Of a DNA stretch of 64,000 bases, positions 1-13,627 are shown piece by piece; position 1 is the first letter of the stretch, and the number at the start of each line of letters is the position of its first letter. The DNA comes from Microthyrium microscopicum (taxonomy: Eukaryota). Both the position numbers and the translations under genes were made by a program. Below the pieces are notes generated by a model. The model worked only from the letters and a program-made list of their open reading frames with translations. It was not told where the DNA came from and made no database searches. The stretch covers positions 124,001-188,000 of the forward strand of contig MU004247.1 in assembly GCA_010405405.1 (NCBI GenBank), read 5' to 3'.

Positions 1-3000
1 GCGTTAGTTTTAGCTATAGAAATATTATTAAGCTATAACTTATTATAAAGTAGATTAAGTAATACTTTTATAGTCTTTTTCTATTCTTTTTAGCCCTTTT
101 TAATATAGTCTAGACGTCTTAAGGGTCTATTAGCTAGATTTATTTTGCTTAGGTAATATTTAATATTAAAATTATATTCTAAGAGTAAATCTACCTATCT
201 TATATATATTAATAATATTTTTAGTATTATTTTAAGTAATTTAAGGTTTATATAGTCTATTAAGACCTAAAATTAGTCTAGTAAGCCTTATAAGTACTTT
301 CTAAATACTTTTAAGGAATCTATAATTACTAAGAACTCTTATTATAAAGTCTTATAGTAGCTCTCTAGTAGAAATAATTTCTAAGAATAAAATATAATAA
401 GTTTCTATAAGCTATTCTAGCCCTTATTATACTATCTTTAGCTTAATATCTTATAAATTACCCTTCTAGAAGTATTAATTTCTAACTATATAGGAAGTAT
501 AAAGTTAAAATAGGCTAAAATTAGTATATTTATAAAAGAATCTTTTAGTTTATTAAAAGAATCTAAGGTATCTAATAGTAATTTAATATTTATAGACTCT
601 TTCTATTATAGCTTTAAGCCTTTTAGGGCCTAACCTAGTTCTTTCTAGATTAAGGCGTTTAGTAGTATAGTAATATAAAAGAATCTAGTATTAAATTAAT
701 AATAATAATTTATAAAGCTAATAAATTTCCTTACTTAATATATATTACGTAGTTTTAGCTAATTTAGGTATATATTAACTTATAACTAATTTATAGTAAT
801 ACTATCTAGGGTTATAATATAACCTAAATACTTTATACTACTAGTATAAAACTTATACTTAAATAGTTTTATATATAAATAGTATTCTATAAGTTACTAT
901 AAAACTTCTTAGACGTCTTTAATATATTACTCCTTAATTTTAGAGTAAATAAGAATATTATTAAGGTAAATAATATATATTACGTCTATTAAGCTTCTTA
1001 ATACTTAATTAATATATACTTAGAAGGCTATAAGAGTATTTATAAGTCTAAATAGAACTATTATATATTTAAATATTCTATATTTAGTTCTAAATATAGT
1101 TTTCTACTTATTACTATCTTTAATACATAAATAGTAGTAAGCTTTATATAAGTTAAGGCTAGTAAAGAACTTAGTACCTTAAAGTCTATTTAAAGACTTC
1201 TTAATAAAAGGTAATATATACTAATTCTTAATAATAATATTATTTAGGCCTTAGTAGTTTATATAGAGTTATAATATCTTATCTTTCTTCTTTATAAAAA
1301 GGATAAAAGCTTTAGTAAAAAATCTTAACTTCTAAATTTAACCTCTTATAAGATAAGTATCTAAGTACTTATATAGAATAACTAACTTAGCTTCTAAGAA
1401 GCTATAAATAGGTCTATATAGTATTATAATACTTAGCTCTAGGTTAATCTTAAAGTCTTATAGACTATATTAAGCTAGTTTAAGTATATCTTATTTACTA
1501 AAGGCTTTAGTAAACTATAAATACTTACTTAGAAGCTTTTTTATAAATAAATTTAAGTCTAGTAATCTAACTAGATAATTAAATAGTTAGAATAAACTAT
1601 TCTAAGCTAACTTAAAAAACTTATTAATATTTATAGTCTCTATCTTACTATAAAAGCTACTAAAAAGTTACTTTTACATAAGAGTTTTATTCTTAAAGTC
1701 TAAAAGAGGATTCTACTTTTCTAACTAAGGCATTCTTATAATAATAAGGTAATATAAAGAGTCTATAATATAAAATAACTTTATCTTAGTCTTAGAGAGA
1801 CTATTTAAGTTAACTACTATTATTATAGCTTCTATAACTTTATAAATTTATATAGAAGTACTATTTAGATATATTATAAGTATCTTAGAGAAAAGAGTAA
1901 TATAAAGCTAAAGTTTTTTAGTTAATTTAATATCTATAATATTAAAGTATAATTTATAATTAACTATAATATCTAAGAATAAGGCCTCTTAGCCCTTATT
2001 ATTTTTTAAACTCCTTTATAAGCATATTTACTTTAACTTTAGTCTTATAAAGTCTATCTTACTAAGTAAGTTATTATTCTTAGCTCTTAATATCTTTAGA
2101 ATATATATAATAATAGTCTTATAAAGCTATTTAGCGCTAGGCTAAGCTATTTTATTAATAAGAAAAGTTACTAAGTCTTAGTCTATAACTTTATAGCCTT
2201 ATTTTTTCTTTATAGCTTAGAATATTCTATTTTAAAGTAAGATTTACTATATTTAAAGTATTTAATCTTTTTTAGATTAAACTCTAGTAGAATATCTATA
2301 TTCTAAGTTATTTTAAGTATAGCTTATTCTACTTTACTATCTTTTAAAAAGTAAAAAGACTTTTTAAGTATTCTTAGCTCTTTTAAGCTTTTCTTATACT
2401 TATACTTATCTCTTAAAGAGTATAAGTATTATTTTAGAAAAAGTTATTCTAGGTTTACTTTTTTAAAAATAGAATAAGCCTTAGCTTCTATAGAATTAGA
2501 AGTCTAGTATAAGTTAGCTTTTTTAAGGGCCTTTTTAACTATAGTAGTAGTAAACTTCTTATTAAAGAGAATCTTTTTTTATATATTCTTAAGAAGGCTT
2601 TTATAAAACTAAAAAAAGTAACTCTTTTAGTTATTATACTTTTATTTTTTCTATAACCTAAGAAGGTTATTATAAAGCTCTTATAAGTAGTATTAACTTA
2701 ATTTAATTATTTAGAATTTCTTAAAAGTAATATATTCTTACTTTATAGAGTAGCCTAAATAGCTTAGTATATAGTCTTAGACTATTTATTATATTTTTTA
2801 GAATCTTAAGTCCTAAGATTCTTTATAAAGGATAAGATTATCTAATCTTATTTATAATAGTTCTTTCTTAAGCTAATTATATTTATAAATATACTAGTAG
2901 AGTTACTAGTTATAAGTACTCTTTTAATAAAAGGGTTTAATAAACTTTTATTTAATATTATTAACCTAGAATATATATTCTTAGAGACTCTTCTCTTTAT

Positions 3001-3753
3001 AAGGCTCTATCTTAAGCCTATCTTAGTTTAAAGGTCTTAAAAGGGTAAGAGCTTAGCTTAAAAGATACTAATTAGGTCTTATTATATTAACTTAGCTAAA
3101 GTTCTCTAACTCTTAAGTAATTTTAAGCTTACTAGACTAGATTACCCTAGTTTTTATTATTAGCTCTTATACCTTAAGCTCTAGCTTCTTTTTATTAATA
3201 AGTATATTAAGTTCCTTCTTATAGTATATTATAAAATTATTTTAGATTTCTCTAGGCCTAGATAGGTTAAAATTAGCTAGTTTAATATTAAATAAGTCTA
3301 ATAAATCTTTAAATATATTAATTTAGAGTATAATAGGTACTAATAACTCTTAGCCTAATAGTTAAGGCTACCTAAGTCCTATCTAGGCATTAAAGTCTAA
3401 ATATTTACTATTAGATATAGTTTCTAATTAAATAAAAGATAAAAATAATTTCTTTAAGTACTTAAGGATTAAGAAATAATTACTATATTAGAAATAAGTT
3501 ATTCTAAGTAAGTAAAGACTATAATTATTATAATTTAAGTAGATATATAAAAATAGAGATAAGAGTAATTATTAGGAAGTTACTTAGACTCTTATAATCC
3601 TTCTTCTTTATTACCTAGAGCTATAAGAACTTTACTAAGCTATCTATATTTATAATAGGTTATTATTAGTTAACTTAACTAATAACGCTTTATTCTACGT
3701 AGATATGTCCTATTAGTAGTTATCTTAAACTAGAGGTGTCCTAGTTCCTAATA
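1..3753 (-). mobile_element. RIP-degraded Ty3/Gypsy LTR retrotransposon family A, copy 1 (5' LTR, gag, PR, RT, RNase H; cut by window edge)
   Basis: Colinear with 19966-23718 (same 3753-bp length, differing by transitions). Minus-strand RT relic TAC CTT AAT AAT ATT CTT ATT TAC TCT (YLDDILIYS after RIP) near 943-968. Extreme TpA enrichment. Confidence 0.9.
3486..3753 (-). repeat. 268-bp LTR of Gypsy family A (copy 1)
   Basis: TATTAGAAAT...TTCCTAATA, matching the LTRs at 14940-15207 and 23451-23718. Confidence 0.92.
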
Positions 3754-6700
3754 TATACGTAATATAATTACTAAAGAGTTAATAAGCTATCTCTATATTA
3801 GTAAAGTAACTATAAGTACTAAATTTATAATAGAACTATAATAAGTTAACTACCTCTTAGACTATAAGAAGTCTAATAATAAGGATAAGAATAAGGATAA
3901 AGATAAGGATAAGAATACTTAGAAGATAATTCTACGCTATAGTAATATCTTATTTCTACGCCTTAAGAAAGAAGAATGCTACCTACGATATAGTAATAAA
4001 GGCTATAATCTATAAGCTAAAACTATATCCTACTAAGGCAAAGATGCTATGTCTAATAATAATATCTAAGCTAAATTAGCTTTAATCTATACTTTTTAGT
4101 TATACTATACTCTAAGTATAGAAGATAATAATAATATACCTTTAACTTATAGCTAATACTAAGGAAATATATAGCTCCTCTATACTAACGCGTAGATAAG
4201 CTAAACTCTAATAAGGCGTAAAATAAATAAAAAAAACGCTAGATAGAAGCTATCTAAGCTTACTTAAGTGAATCTAAATCTAAGGAAGAACCTTATTATA
4301 GTATAGTAGTAGTCTACGTATCTACTATCTATCTACTAATTAATTAATTACTAGAAACTAATACTATCCTAAAAGTAGGATAATAGTAGAGTACTATAGG
4401 AAGTATCTTCCTTTTAGATAGCTCTTATATTAAAGCAAAAATTCTTATTAATATAGATAGTAGCGTATTTAGTATTATTAACCTTTATTACCTCTAACTT
4501 TATAGCCTTAAATTTATTAAAATATTAAGACTCTATTAAGCTAAAATAGCTAATAGTTACGTTATTACTACTATAACTTATATAGTATTTATTACCTTAC
4601 GTATTAATATTTATCTTAAATAAGCCTTATACTTCGTTATAGAAATTACTAATTATAATATTATCTTTAGAAACCCTTAGGTTAATAAGTATAAAGTTAT
4701 ACTCTAAGAAGGCTAGCGAACGTTAGGCTTCTACTCTAAGTACTATTTCTAAGACTATATAGCTTTATACTACCCTATTATAGTTAATTATAGAGGCTAA
4801 GTAGTTATAGAAAAGAAGAATAAGAATACTTCTAATATCTATATTATTTTTCTTTACGTATTTATAACTCTAATATAATAAGAGAAAAACTAATTCTTTG
4901 TATTATATAAAGAAGATTTTAATACGTTAGAAGAAGAAGAAGATTTAGATTCTATTCCTTAGCGTAATATTGCTAGTATTATAGTAATCTTAATAGAAGA
5001 CTATACTAAATAGCAAGAGAAGCTTAAATAGAATTTACTAATATAAGAAGAATTACTTAGCCTAATCTCTAAAGAATTTTATTAATATATTTACCTTTTT
5101 AACCTAGTATAAGCTAATAAATTACTATCCTATTGCCCTAAATTTAATTACTCTATCTTAATAGATCTATAAGCTAAAGCACCTATATAGAAGTTTTATA
5201 AAATATTGTGCTAATAAGCTTAAGTTATTAAAAAGTATATTAAAAATATACTTAAGAAAGGCTTTATCTATAAAAGTACTTCTTAATACGCCTTACTAGT
5301 TTTTTACGTTAGTAAACTAGGTAGAGGTATCTAAGTTTATATAGATTATTATAAATTAAATAAAATTACCTTAAAGAATTAGAATATTTTGTTACTTCTT
5401 ACTAAAACCCTTATAAAAATCTATAAAGCTAGATTCTTTTCTAAATTTAATATTATTACTACTTTTAATAATATTTAAATTTATAAAGGTAATAAATATA
5501 AAACTACCTTCCTTACCTACTATAGCTTATTTAAGTCCCTTATTATATTATTTAATATAACTAGCTCTTCTAGAATATTCTAAGCCTTTATTAATAGTAT
5601 CGTTTATAAATACTTAGATAATTTTATTACTATATACCTAGATAATATCCTTATCTAGAGTAAAACTAAAGAAGAGTATATTACTTACGTCTATCTAATC
5701 CTTAATAAGCTTAAAAAAGCTAGCCTCTATCTTAATATTACTAAGTTAGAATTTATAACTAAGAGCGTTAAATACCTTAGTATTATTATTATCTCTAATA
5801 GAATCCTTATAAATAAGAAGAAGGTAGAAGTAGTACTAAAATAGTAACGTTCCTTATTACTTAAAGATATCTAAATATTCTTAGGCTTTGTAAACTTCTA
5901 CTACTAATTTATTAAAGAATACTTAAAAATTATTATACTTATAATAGTACTTACTAAAAAGGACGTTCTTTAACGTTACTCCTAGAACCTAGATGGCTCT
6001 AAAGAAGCTACTTTTAAAGCCTTAAAGAAAGCTTTTACTATAGCACTAATTTTGTAACATTTTAATCTTAATAAGGAAACCTAGCTTAAAACTAACGCCT
6101 CTAATTAAGTTGTCGCTATAGTTCTCTTATAAAAGAATAATGATGAAGGACTTTACTTAGTTACCTTCTTATCTAAAAAGATAATACTAGTAGAGTATAA
6201 CTATAATATCTATAATAAGGAACTACTTATAATTATCTACATATTTAAAGAATAGGAATTAGAGCTATTCTTTATTAACGATCTTATTAAAGTCTATATA
6301 GACTATCTTAATTTATAGTTATTTATATTTATAAAAAAGCTCTCTTACTATTAAGTATACTAGGTAAAGTTCTTATTATAATTCTAATTTAAAATTAAAT
6401 ATTATAATAAACTATTAAATGCTAAAGCTAATACCTTTATCTAATAATCCTAGGACCTACTATAATCTAATAATAACCTATAAGTTGTATAATAAGTACG
6501 TCCTATACTATTCTTTTACTATTTCGCTAATACTTATAGTATACGTTATATATTTAATATAATTACTTATAATATATACTAAGCTATTAAGGTAGTAACT
6601 ATACTAGTTTAGGGTAAACGCTCTTTAATAATTAAGTTAGCTATAATTATTACTAATAAAGTTAATATGTTTACTATAGAAGGAGAGTTAACTAGTAATC

Positions 6701-8886
6701 TAACTATAGAGAGTTATCCTAAGGACGCTCTAACCTTAAAGGAATTAACTAGTTATCTTAAGGTAAAGAATATGCCTACTAACTTAGAAACGTTATAAAA
6801 GGATATTATTAAAGTAAGCAAAAAGGATAAGCTTATTTAAGCTATTTATAATTATAAAGTAGCGTAGTATTACTACTTACTTTATAATATACTAGAACGT
6901 AAATCTATTAAGCTTAGAGACTATTAAGTCCTTATAGATAGAACTATTTAATATTGCTAGTGCCTACTAGTTCCTTATAAAAAACTTTACTATTATATAA
7001 TATAATATATATATAATTATAAGATTATAGGATATAGAAGCACTACTATAACTTATTAACGTCTATCCTAATTCTACTATTAGCCCTATATAGCAAAAGA
7101 TATTAAGTAATATATAAAATAATGCTACTACGCTTTCTCTAAGCTAGTAATATAAAAGAAATAAGACTTACTATAGTTATTTCCTTTACTAAATTATGTA
7201 TAGGCTAATATCTTAATTAACTTTACTATCGCGTTATTACTATATGTCTACTTAAGAGTTATTTATTACTATACTATAATAGTAGTTAATAGACTTACTT
7301 ATACTTATTACTTTATACCTTTAGCTAACCTTAGCGTCTAGATAATAGTATTAGCATTCCTTAACTAGATTTAGAAATATATTAGCTAGCTAGATTTTAT
7401 TTTATTTAATTATGGATCTTAATTTACTTTAGCCTTTTAGTGCTACTTATATAAGTAAGTAAGAGTAATAATCTATTTTACTATTGCTTAGTACCTATAA
7501 TTTAATAGTATTACTAAGATTATAGTATAAGCCCTAAAAGCTTACTTATAATACTTTATTAATTACTAATAGAATAATTAAGTAGGACTCTTACTATTTA
7601 CTAAGTTTAAAGCTAACTACGCTATTTACGCTATAACTAAAATAAGCCTATTTAAAGCGCTTAATAGCTTATTGCTACGCTCTAGCTTTGAATTAGGTAT
7701 ACTAGGCAAAGTATTTATAAGCTTTAAGCTAGTATAAAGTAAATAATACTTTATAAATATATTCCTTAAAGATAGATAAGACTTGCGTAATTATCTTCGT
7801 AAGTAAATTTCATAATTTTAGGCGCTAATAAATAAGTAAGTTAACTAATACTACTATCTAGCACCTAACCTTAAACTAAGTAACTAAGTATATCTAGATA
7901 TATATTACTACAAAACTCTTTACTTCTCTAAATTACTTAATAATAAATCTATTAATCTATTTAAGATCTTAAAGAAGATTAATATACTTACTTATAAGCT
8001 TAATCTCCTTAAGAAGATAAAAATATACTCTATCTTCTATGCTTAGCTTTTATATTTTGTCCTTAAAGGTGCTACTATACTGTAAGAATCTAATAACTTA
8101 TTAGCTATTACTAATCTAGAAGAAAATAACAATAAGTAGAAATAGTTAATTAACCGCGTTATTAATAGCTATTAGTATAATTAGCAAAGAAAGAGTAAGA
8201 AGAAGATACTCTAATATAAAGTTAAATTTATTAGATAGGATAATTAGAATCACGACCTAGATTAGTAATTATAGATAGATCTTAAATTATGCCTTAAGCT
8301 TATAGTAGAGTTTTATAACTATAATTCTATAAAACTAGGCCTATATAAATCGTTTATTAATCCTTAGAAGAAGAAAAATAAAGAATATAACTTTGATAGT
8401 ATTCCTCTTAATTAGTAAGGTTATTATTATTACTATAGTAGTATCCTAATACTTTTATAAACTAGAGTATTTTAAGGATATCTTATAGTTCGTTAATGCT
8501 ACTTAATAGTTGCCTTAGTAGGCTAGAGAGTAGTAAGGAATAAATACTTATAGTATTATATATAGAAGGATATTAAACTCTTTACTTTTATTATTATAGT
8601 TATAATACGTTTTATATTTATTATAGCGTTATCCTATATAGTTAAATTAGCTTAGGAGCGCTAATGTTAGAGGGGGAAGTATTATTATAGATTCTTTCTA
8701 TTAAGATCTCTTTATAAGATCTTTAGTATTTTTGTTATATAATATTAAGGGCTTAGCGCCTAAGGTTTAGCTAGCATAGAGCTTATCTCCTATTAGCCTT
8801 AATCCCTCTTCTAGATTCTTTATCTTAGTTTTCTTAAATTATATCTATATCTAGATTGCACCCCTTGTATCTATAGCTCCCTAATA
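3754..8886 (+). mobile_element. RIP-degraded Ty3/Gypsy chromovirus family B (gag end, pol, 3' LTR), interrupted by family A copy 1
   Basis: RIP-converted CCHC knuckle near 3979 (C-L-R-C-G-D-K-G-H), RT YLD(N)ILI at 5635-5655, RNase H ETDASD relic near 6088, integrase region, chromodomain-like relic at about 8140-8280, polypurine tract AGAGGGGGAAG near 8670. The 3' LTR (about 8683-8886) has approximate ends. Confidence 0.85.
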
Positions 8887-8928
8887 GAAAAATAGTAAAT
8901 AAACTAAATATTCTAATAGTATAATTAG

Positions 8929-9215
8929 CTAAATAAACTAATACTAAAGAGCAAAAGTAAATAAAAGCTAGAAGCTATAAAAGCTAATCCTAAAAATAGA
9001 ATAGTATAGAAATATATTATATAGTAATAGCTTTTATATAAAAAAATACTTAAAAAGTAGTTTCTAACTAGAATTTCTAGTAAAATACTAACTAAATAAA
9101 CTAATACTAAAGAGTAAAAGTAAATAAAAGCTAGAGGCTATAAAGCTAATCTTAAAAAGGGAATAGTATAGAAATATATTATATAGCAATAGCTTTTATA
9201 TAAAAAAATACTTAA
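8929..9215. repeat. Tandem duplication with about 163-bp period in RIP-degraded DNA
   Basis: CTAAATAAACTAATACTAAAGAG...AAAAATACTTAAAAA starts at both 8929 and 9092. Confidence 0.8.
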
Positions 9216-9439
9216 AAAAAAAAGTAAAAAAGTTAAAAAATATAAATACTATATAGTAAGTATAAAAATAAGATTTAGGGTAGTAAGAAGATATAGATTA
9301 GCTATAACTAATATAGAGAGTAATAGTTATAGATAGTAGTTTAGCTTATAGAGGAGGAAATATCTAAAAAACTAAGAATTCTAAGTAGAATCTACCTCTA
9401 TAAGTATATATATAACGCTAGATTAATATATGCTAATTA

Positions 9440-9819
9440 CTATTATATTTAGCAGGTTTAAAGCTACTAAACGTTATTAAGATTACCTCTTTTAGGCTAG
9501 TATTGCGAAAGTTATAAATAATAATAATAAGGAATAATATTAAAACTATAAAATAGTTTATTATAATAGGATAAATGCATAGTAATAAATATAGTTTTAA
9601 GGGGCTAGACCCTATAAAATAACGCTAAATAGGGGTATAAATACTAAGAGTTTTAATAGTTAATACATTATTAACCCTTTTAATAATACTATTTATATAG
9701 CTTATTTACTTTATAATAATATTATCCTTTATTATTATTATGTATAACTTTTATAATACTAGCCTAAAATAAGTAATCTTTATAGCGTTTAGAAGCGCTA
9801 AACCTACTAAATATAATAG
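9440..9819. mobile_element. RIP-degraded MITE, about 380 bp, about 100-bp TIRs, TA-flanked (Tc1/mariner/pogo-type)
   Basis: 9440-9540 is the reverse complement of about 9719-9819 with a modest number of mismatches. TA dinucleotides lie at 9438-9439 and 9820-9821. Confidence 0.75.
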
Positions 9820-10019
9820 TACTATTTAGGTCTTTATTATAAGTCGTTATTATATATATATTCTTTAGTTATTTATAAAGAACTTACTTTTTAATAATCT
9901 ACCTATTACTTCTACTTTTCTATTAAGGACTATATTTTAGTAGTATCTAGAAGTAGCCTTAGAGGCTATTTCTACTTATTTTTTACTTTATTCTATATAA
10001 TATCTCTTAGTAAGAATTC

Positions 10020-10050
<31 letters not shown>

Positions 10051-11390
10051 TTATTAATTTTCTAGTCTCTATACTTAATCTAGTATACTTTTATACTAGT
10101 TTTTAGTACTATTTAAATTAGCAAATTCTTCTCTATTAAATAGTATAGCTTTTATATTTTTATTAGCCTTATAGCATAAGTTATCTATTCTTTTTTAACT
10201 TTTTTTTTTTTTACTTATTATTTATTATAGAGACGTAGTAATTACTAGATATTTTAAAAGTAAGTCTCCCCTACTCTTTATTATAGCTTTAACTAATTTA
10301 TATTTTTTTATAGAGCTTTCCCTTAATAATTCTTATGTTAAACTATAAAGATTCTTAAATAAATTCTTAGGTTATAGAAACGCCCTTTTATTTAAAAATA
10401 AATTAAACTATAATTCTTAGATACTATAACGTAAATAGGTAGGAAATTAGGAATTTAGCTATATTATTTATATTACTAAGGAATATAATCTATGACGTAT
10501 ATATTTTAATTTCTTACTTCTTTTAGTAGAAAGAAATATTAAATCTTTTATAATTTATTTCATTCTAGAAATTAGGTAAGTTAATTATAAAGCTATATTC
10601 TTATATAATAGTAAGGAAACTAGTATTCCTATTACTTATAAGCCTATTGCTATCTAGTCTTCTTATAGTTCTAAGATAAAACTTTTATTACCTAAATTAG
10701 TAATAAACTAAGGAGGCCTTAAAGCTAATTAGATAGAAGCTACTTTTAGACTAGATTCTATAATATTTAGGTAAGCCCTTTATACTTTATTCTATTTAAA
10801 TTATATACTAACTCTTTATAGTAGTAAAGATTACGTTTAAAAAGTATATAAATCCAACCTAAAATAGAATTCTAAGCTAAATGCTTATTACGCTAAAGAA
10901 TGTTAATTTAAGCATTAGAAGCTACTAGATAGCTATCTTCTAGTAAAGAAGGAATACGTAATTAAGCAAAAGCTAAAGCATCGTCTTTAAAAGGTTAGTA
11001 ATATTACTTTTATTTACTTTATTTTACTAATTTTTTATAGAAACTAAAGCTTAAAAACTATTAAGCTTTAGATTTATAAGAATCTAGCTTTACCCCTAGT
11101 ACTATATCTAATTCTACCTATATAGATAATACTAGTATTAATACTTCTAATCTAGATATAGATTATAATCTAAATTATTTCTTTTAGTTAGTTTTTACTA
11201 TTTTTTTTATTAGAGTTAGGATTTTCTTAGAAAATTGCTTATATAATTAAAAAATATATTGCCTATCTTCTAGAGCTAAATTTTCTTATTTAAACCCTAT
11301 ATTTTATATATCTTAACTCTTAGTATTTACTATACTATTTAATAAATAAGCTTTTTTAAAATTAATAATAAATATAAAAAATAAGAATTA

Positions 11391-11790
11391 AATAAGAAAA
11401 ACTACTATTACTATCTTCTAGAGCTAATTATAAGAATTATAAAGATATATAGAAGTTATACTAAATATAACTAATAGCTATTATAACTTTATATTTAGAA
11501 GTTTTAATTAGAATCTAAAGGTAAATAAGAAAAACTATTACTACTACCTTCTAGAGCTAGTAATAAAGATTATAAAGATATATAGAAGTTATACTAAATA
11601 TAACTAATAGCTATTATAACTTTATATTTATAAGTTTTAATTAGAATCTAAAAGTAAATAAGAAAAACTATTATTACTACCTTCTAAAGCTAATTATAAG
11701 AATTATAAAGATATATAAAAGTTATACTAAATATAACTAATAGCTATTATAACTTTATATTTAAAGGTTTTAATTAGAATATAAAAGCTA
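11391..11790. repeat. Tandem repeat, about 132-133-bp unit, about 3 copies plus a degenerate fourth near 11843
   Basis: AAATAAGAAAAACTA...GAAGTTATACTAAATATAACTAATAGCTATTATAACTTTATATTTA recurs at about 11391, 11523 and 11656. Confidence 0.85.
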
Positions 11791-12399
11791 ATAATAACTA
11801 TTAACCTTAAATATATAATAATATTACTTATAGTATAATACTAAATAAGAAATACTATTACTACTAAGTTCTAAAACTAATTAAAATAAGTAGAAATATA
11901 TATAGTAATATACTAGTATTTATAAAGTCTTAGATAGTTAGATTTATTATATTCTAATTAGTTACTATAGCTATATAATAAATAAACTAGTATATTTAAA
12001 CTATAATATTAAGTAGGCTACTATAATACTCTATAGAACTTTTAGAATACTAAAAGATTAATATATATTATTACTAGTTTATTTAATTACTTTATCTATA
12101 TATTAAAAAAGAGTAAATTCTAAAGTAAATTATTTGTTTTAGTAGTATAGTAGTTAGTATATTTATATTATACTTCTTTATAATATAAAAAACGTTAGTT
12201 TAAATCTAACTTAGTACGTTATTTAGTTCTTTTTTAAATTTAAATTCTTATATTAGCTATAACTCTATAACTAGTCTAGCTAGATAAAATCTAAGACTAG
12301 ATTTAGATTCCTTAATACTAGAGCTATAAAATAGTATATAAAACGTTCTATATTTCCTATATTTAGCTATATTTAAATATCTTAGCGACTCCTTAGCAA

Positions 12400-12599
12400 C
12401 TTCCTTAAGTTACTTAAGTATTAACTTAAGTAACTTAAGTGTTTTATATTAAGGATTTAGACTTAATTTAGGTAAAAAATACCATGATTAGTACTTGATT
12501 CAGACTAGTACCTGCTGACTAAAAGACTAACTCGAGTCGGATTAGTCGACTCCGAGTCGAGTTAAACTCGAGCAAAGAGTGAGTCGGATGCCAACACTG
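12400..12599 (-). mobile_element. Terminus of a hAT-like DNA transposon (TIR CAGTGTTGG plus subterminal ACTCG/CGAGT repeats)
   Basis: The AT block ends at CCAACACTG (12591-12599). It is preceded by many ACTCGAGT/GAGTCG motifs that appear RIP-converted to ACTTAAGT further inside. The partner end was not found. Confidence 0.6.
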
Positions 12600-12928
12600 G
12601 TGGCGACATTGAAATTCGATTTTTCTTTCCCTCGCCGATACAATCTACATGCTTCGAATTTTGATAATCACCTACCCTCTCGAGTGATACTGCTGCAACA
12701 TAGACACTGTCAGCTTCACCCGATCAATATTAGGACGCTGCTGCGATATGCCGCGTCTGCTCCCACTCCGTCTTGTACATGCGGCTCCGCCGATTCCATC
12801 AATCCGACTTCCTTCACACCACATTGGCGATACGAAAGTGTATTAGTAAATACAGAGAAGTCCTTCGCCATTCCACTGATGAAAACCACGGTCACAATCT
12901 TCTGTAGACGTGTCAATACTAAGGCTAT

Positions 12929-13627
12929 TCAAATCTCCATAGACTCTTCAGAGATCGTAATACCCTTAGCAGGCCTAGGATCCATCCCATCAAAGTGATC
13001 AGCACACTGTCCACAATATCGAAAATGACTACCCATATTAGTTAGCCTGCAGCTCCAAACTCTCCAATATCGACCATCTGTGCCAGCAATCCTCGAATAA
13101 GGAATAAACCGATAGCATTCGGCACACAAAGTAATATCACCTTCAATCTTCCATCTCTTGCGCGCCCAGTTTCCCATGATGATCCTAACTGCTTTGTCTT
13201 GTTCGACTGTTTTGGGCGTTATTGACCATTCTTTTGCTTTGCGGACTTTAGACACGTCTTTGTCGCTTGCTGCGTCGCGGTGGATGTTGTGTTGGCTGGT
13301 AGAAGATTTGGCTTGAGGATTGTTTGCGCCTGTAATGGCTTTTTCTCTTGGATCATATCCAGGCATACAGAGATATCGCAACACCGTGGCTAGTGCGAGA
13401 GTGCCTTCGAGGGGCTCAGTTTTGATGGCAGGGCCAATTTTCCACCATCCTTCGCCATTTCGGTAACGCTCGAGATCGTAGTAGCCTGCAAAACGAGACA
13501 ACAATGCAGCGCTAGTTAGGCCGAGAGATAACTTGCTAGGATGATCGAGAAAATCGAAAATGCTGTAGAGAATCTCAGTCGGTATTTGGCAAATCGCAGA
13601 AACGCGTTGGTGCTATTGCTGGGGCAT
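12929..13627 (-). pseudogene. F-box-like protein gene with premature TAG at codon 5
   Basis: ATG CCC CAG CAA TAG CAC..., in frame with ICQIPTEILYSIFDFLDHPSKLSLGLTS (F-box-like) and with ORF 12929-13504, which has C-terminal CxxC pairs. Confidence 0.6.

Noticed and set aside
1..12480. AT-rich block as organellar DNA or alternative genetic code
   Set aside because: TpA excess, CpA/TpG loss and transposon motifs show RIP-mutated repeats.
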